Both the position numbers and the translations under genes were made by a program. Positions 20,759 to 20,779 of a stretch of 20,779 bases of DNA are shown here, one piece after another. Position 1 is the stretch's first letter, and each line of letters starts with the position of its first letter. The DNA lies in the NCBI GenBank assembly GCA_030248215.1, contig JASANG010003092.1, positions 868,001-888,779 of the forward strand, read 5' to 3'. The notes under the pieces were generated by a model. The model worked only from the letters and a program-made list of their open reading frames with translations. It was not told the origin of the DNA and ran no database searches. This stretch comes from Enoplolaimus lenunculus (taxonomy: Eukaryota).

Positions 20759-20779
20759 GACCGCGTGGTGTAGTGGTTG
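20759..20779 (+). other. 5' end of a tRNA or tRNA-derived SINE, cut off by the window edge
   Basis: GACCGCG TGGTGTAGTGG TT: 7 nt followed by a Pol III A-box; no B-box visible. Confidence 0.4.

Overview
Eukaryotic, AT-rich animal genomic DNA, probably from an invertebrate. The taxon is my inference and I cannot identify the species. Most of the window is one spliced minus-strand gene encoding an ARHGAP20/TAGAP-family Rho GTPase-activating protein (PH, RA and RhoGAP domains plus a very long disordered tail). I reconstructed 11 coding exons between 18399 and 5844. All have GT-AG boundaries and compatible phases, totalling 6160 nt (about 2052 aa). I found no start-codon exon or N-terminal PH exon, so these probably lie beyond the right edge. 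The last exon is 4.7 kb and encodes a Ser-rich tail with a 26-Asn tract, a 28-aa internal repeat, two DSG degron-like motifs and a C-terminal PDZ-type motif (SYV). Introns and flanks are full of small non-autonomous elements: a tRNA-derived SINE head, an inverted pair of ~360-bp TA-flanked elements, a G4-prone 9-bp minisatellite, a Helentron/HINE-like element with a ~170-bp satellite, and several palindromic MITEs. I see no convincing evidence of a wholly new biological system. The best leads are listed as findings.
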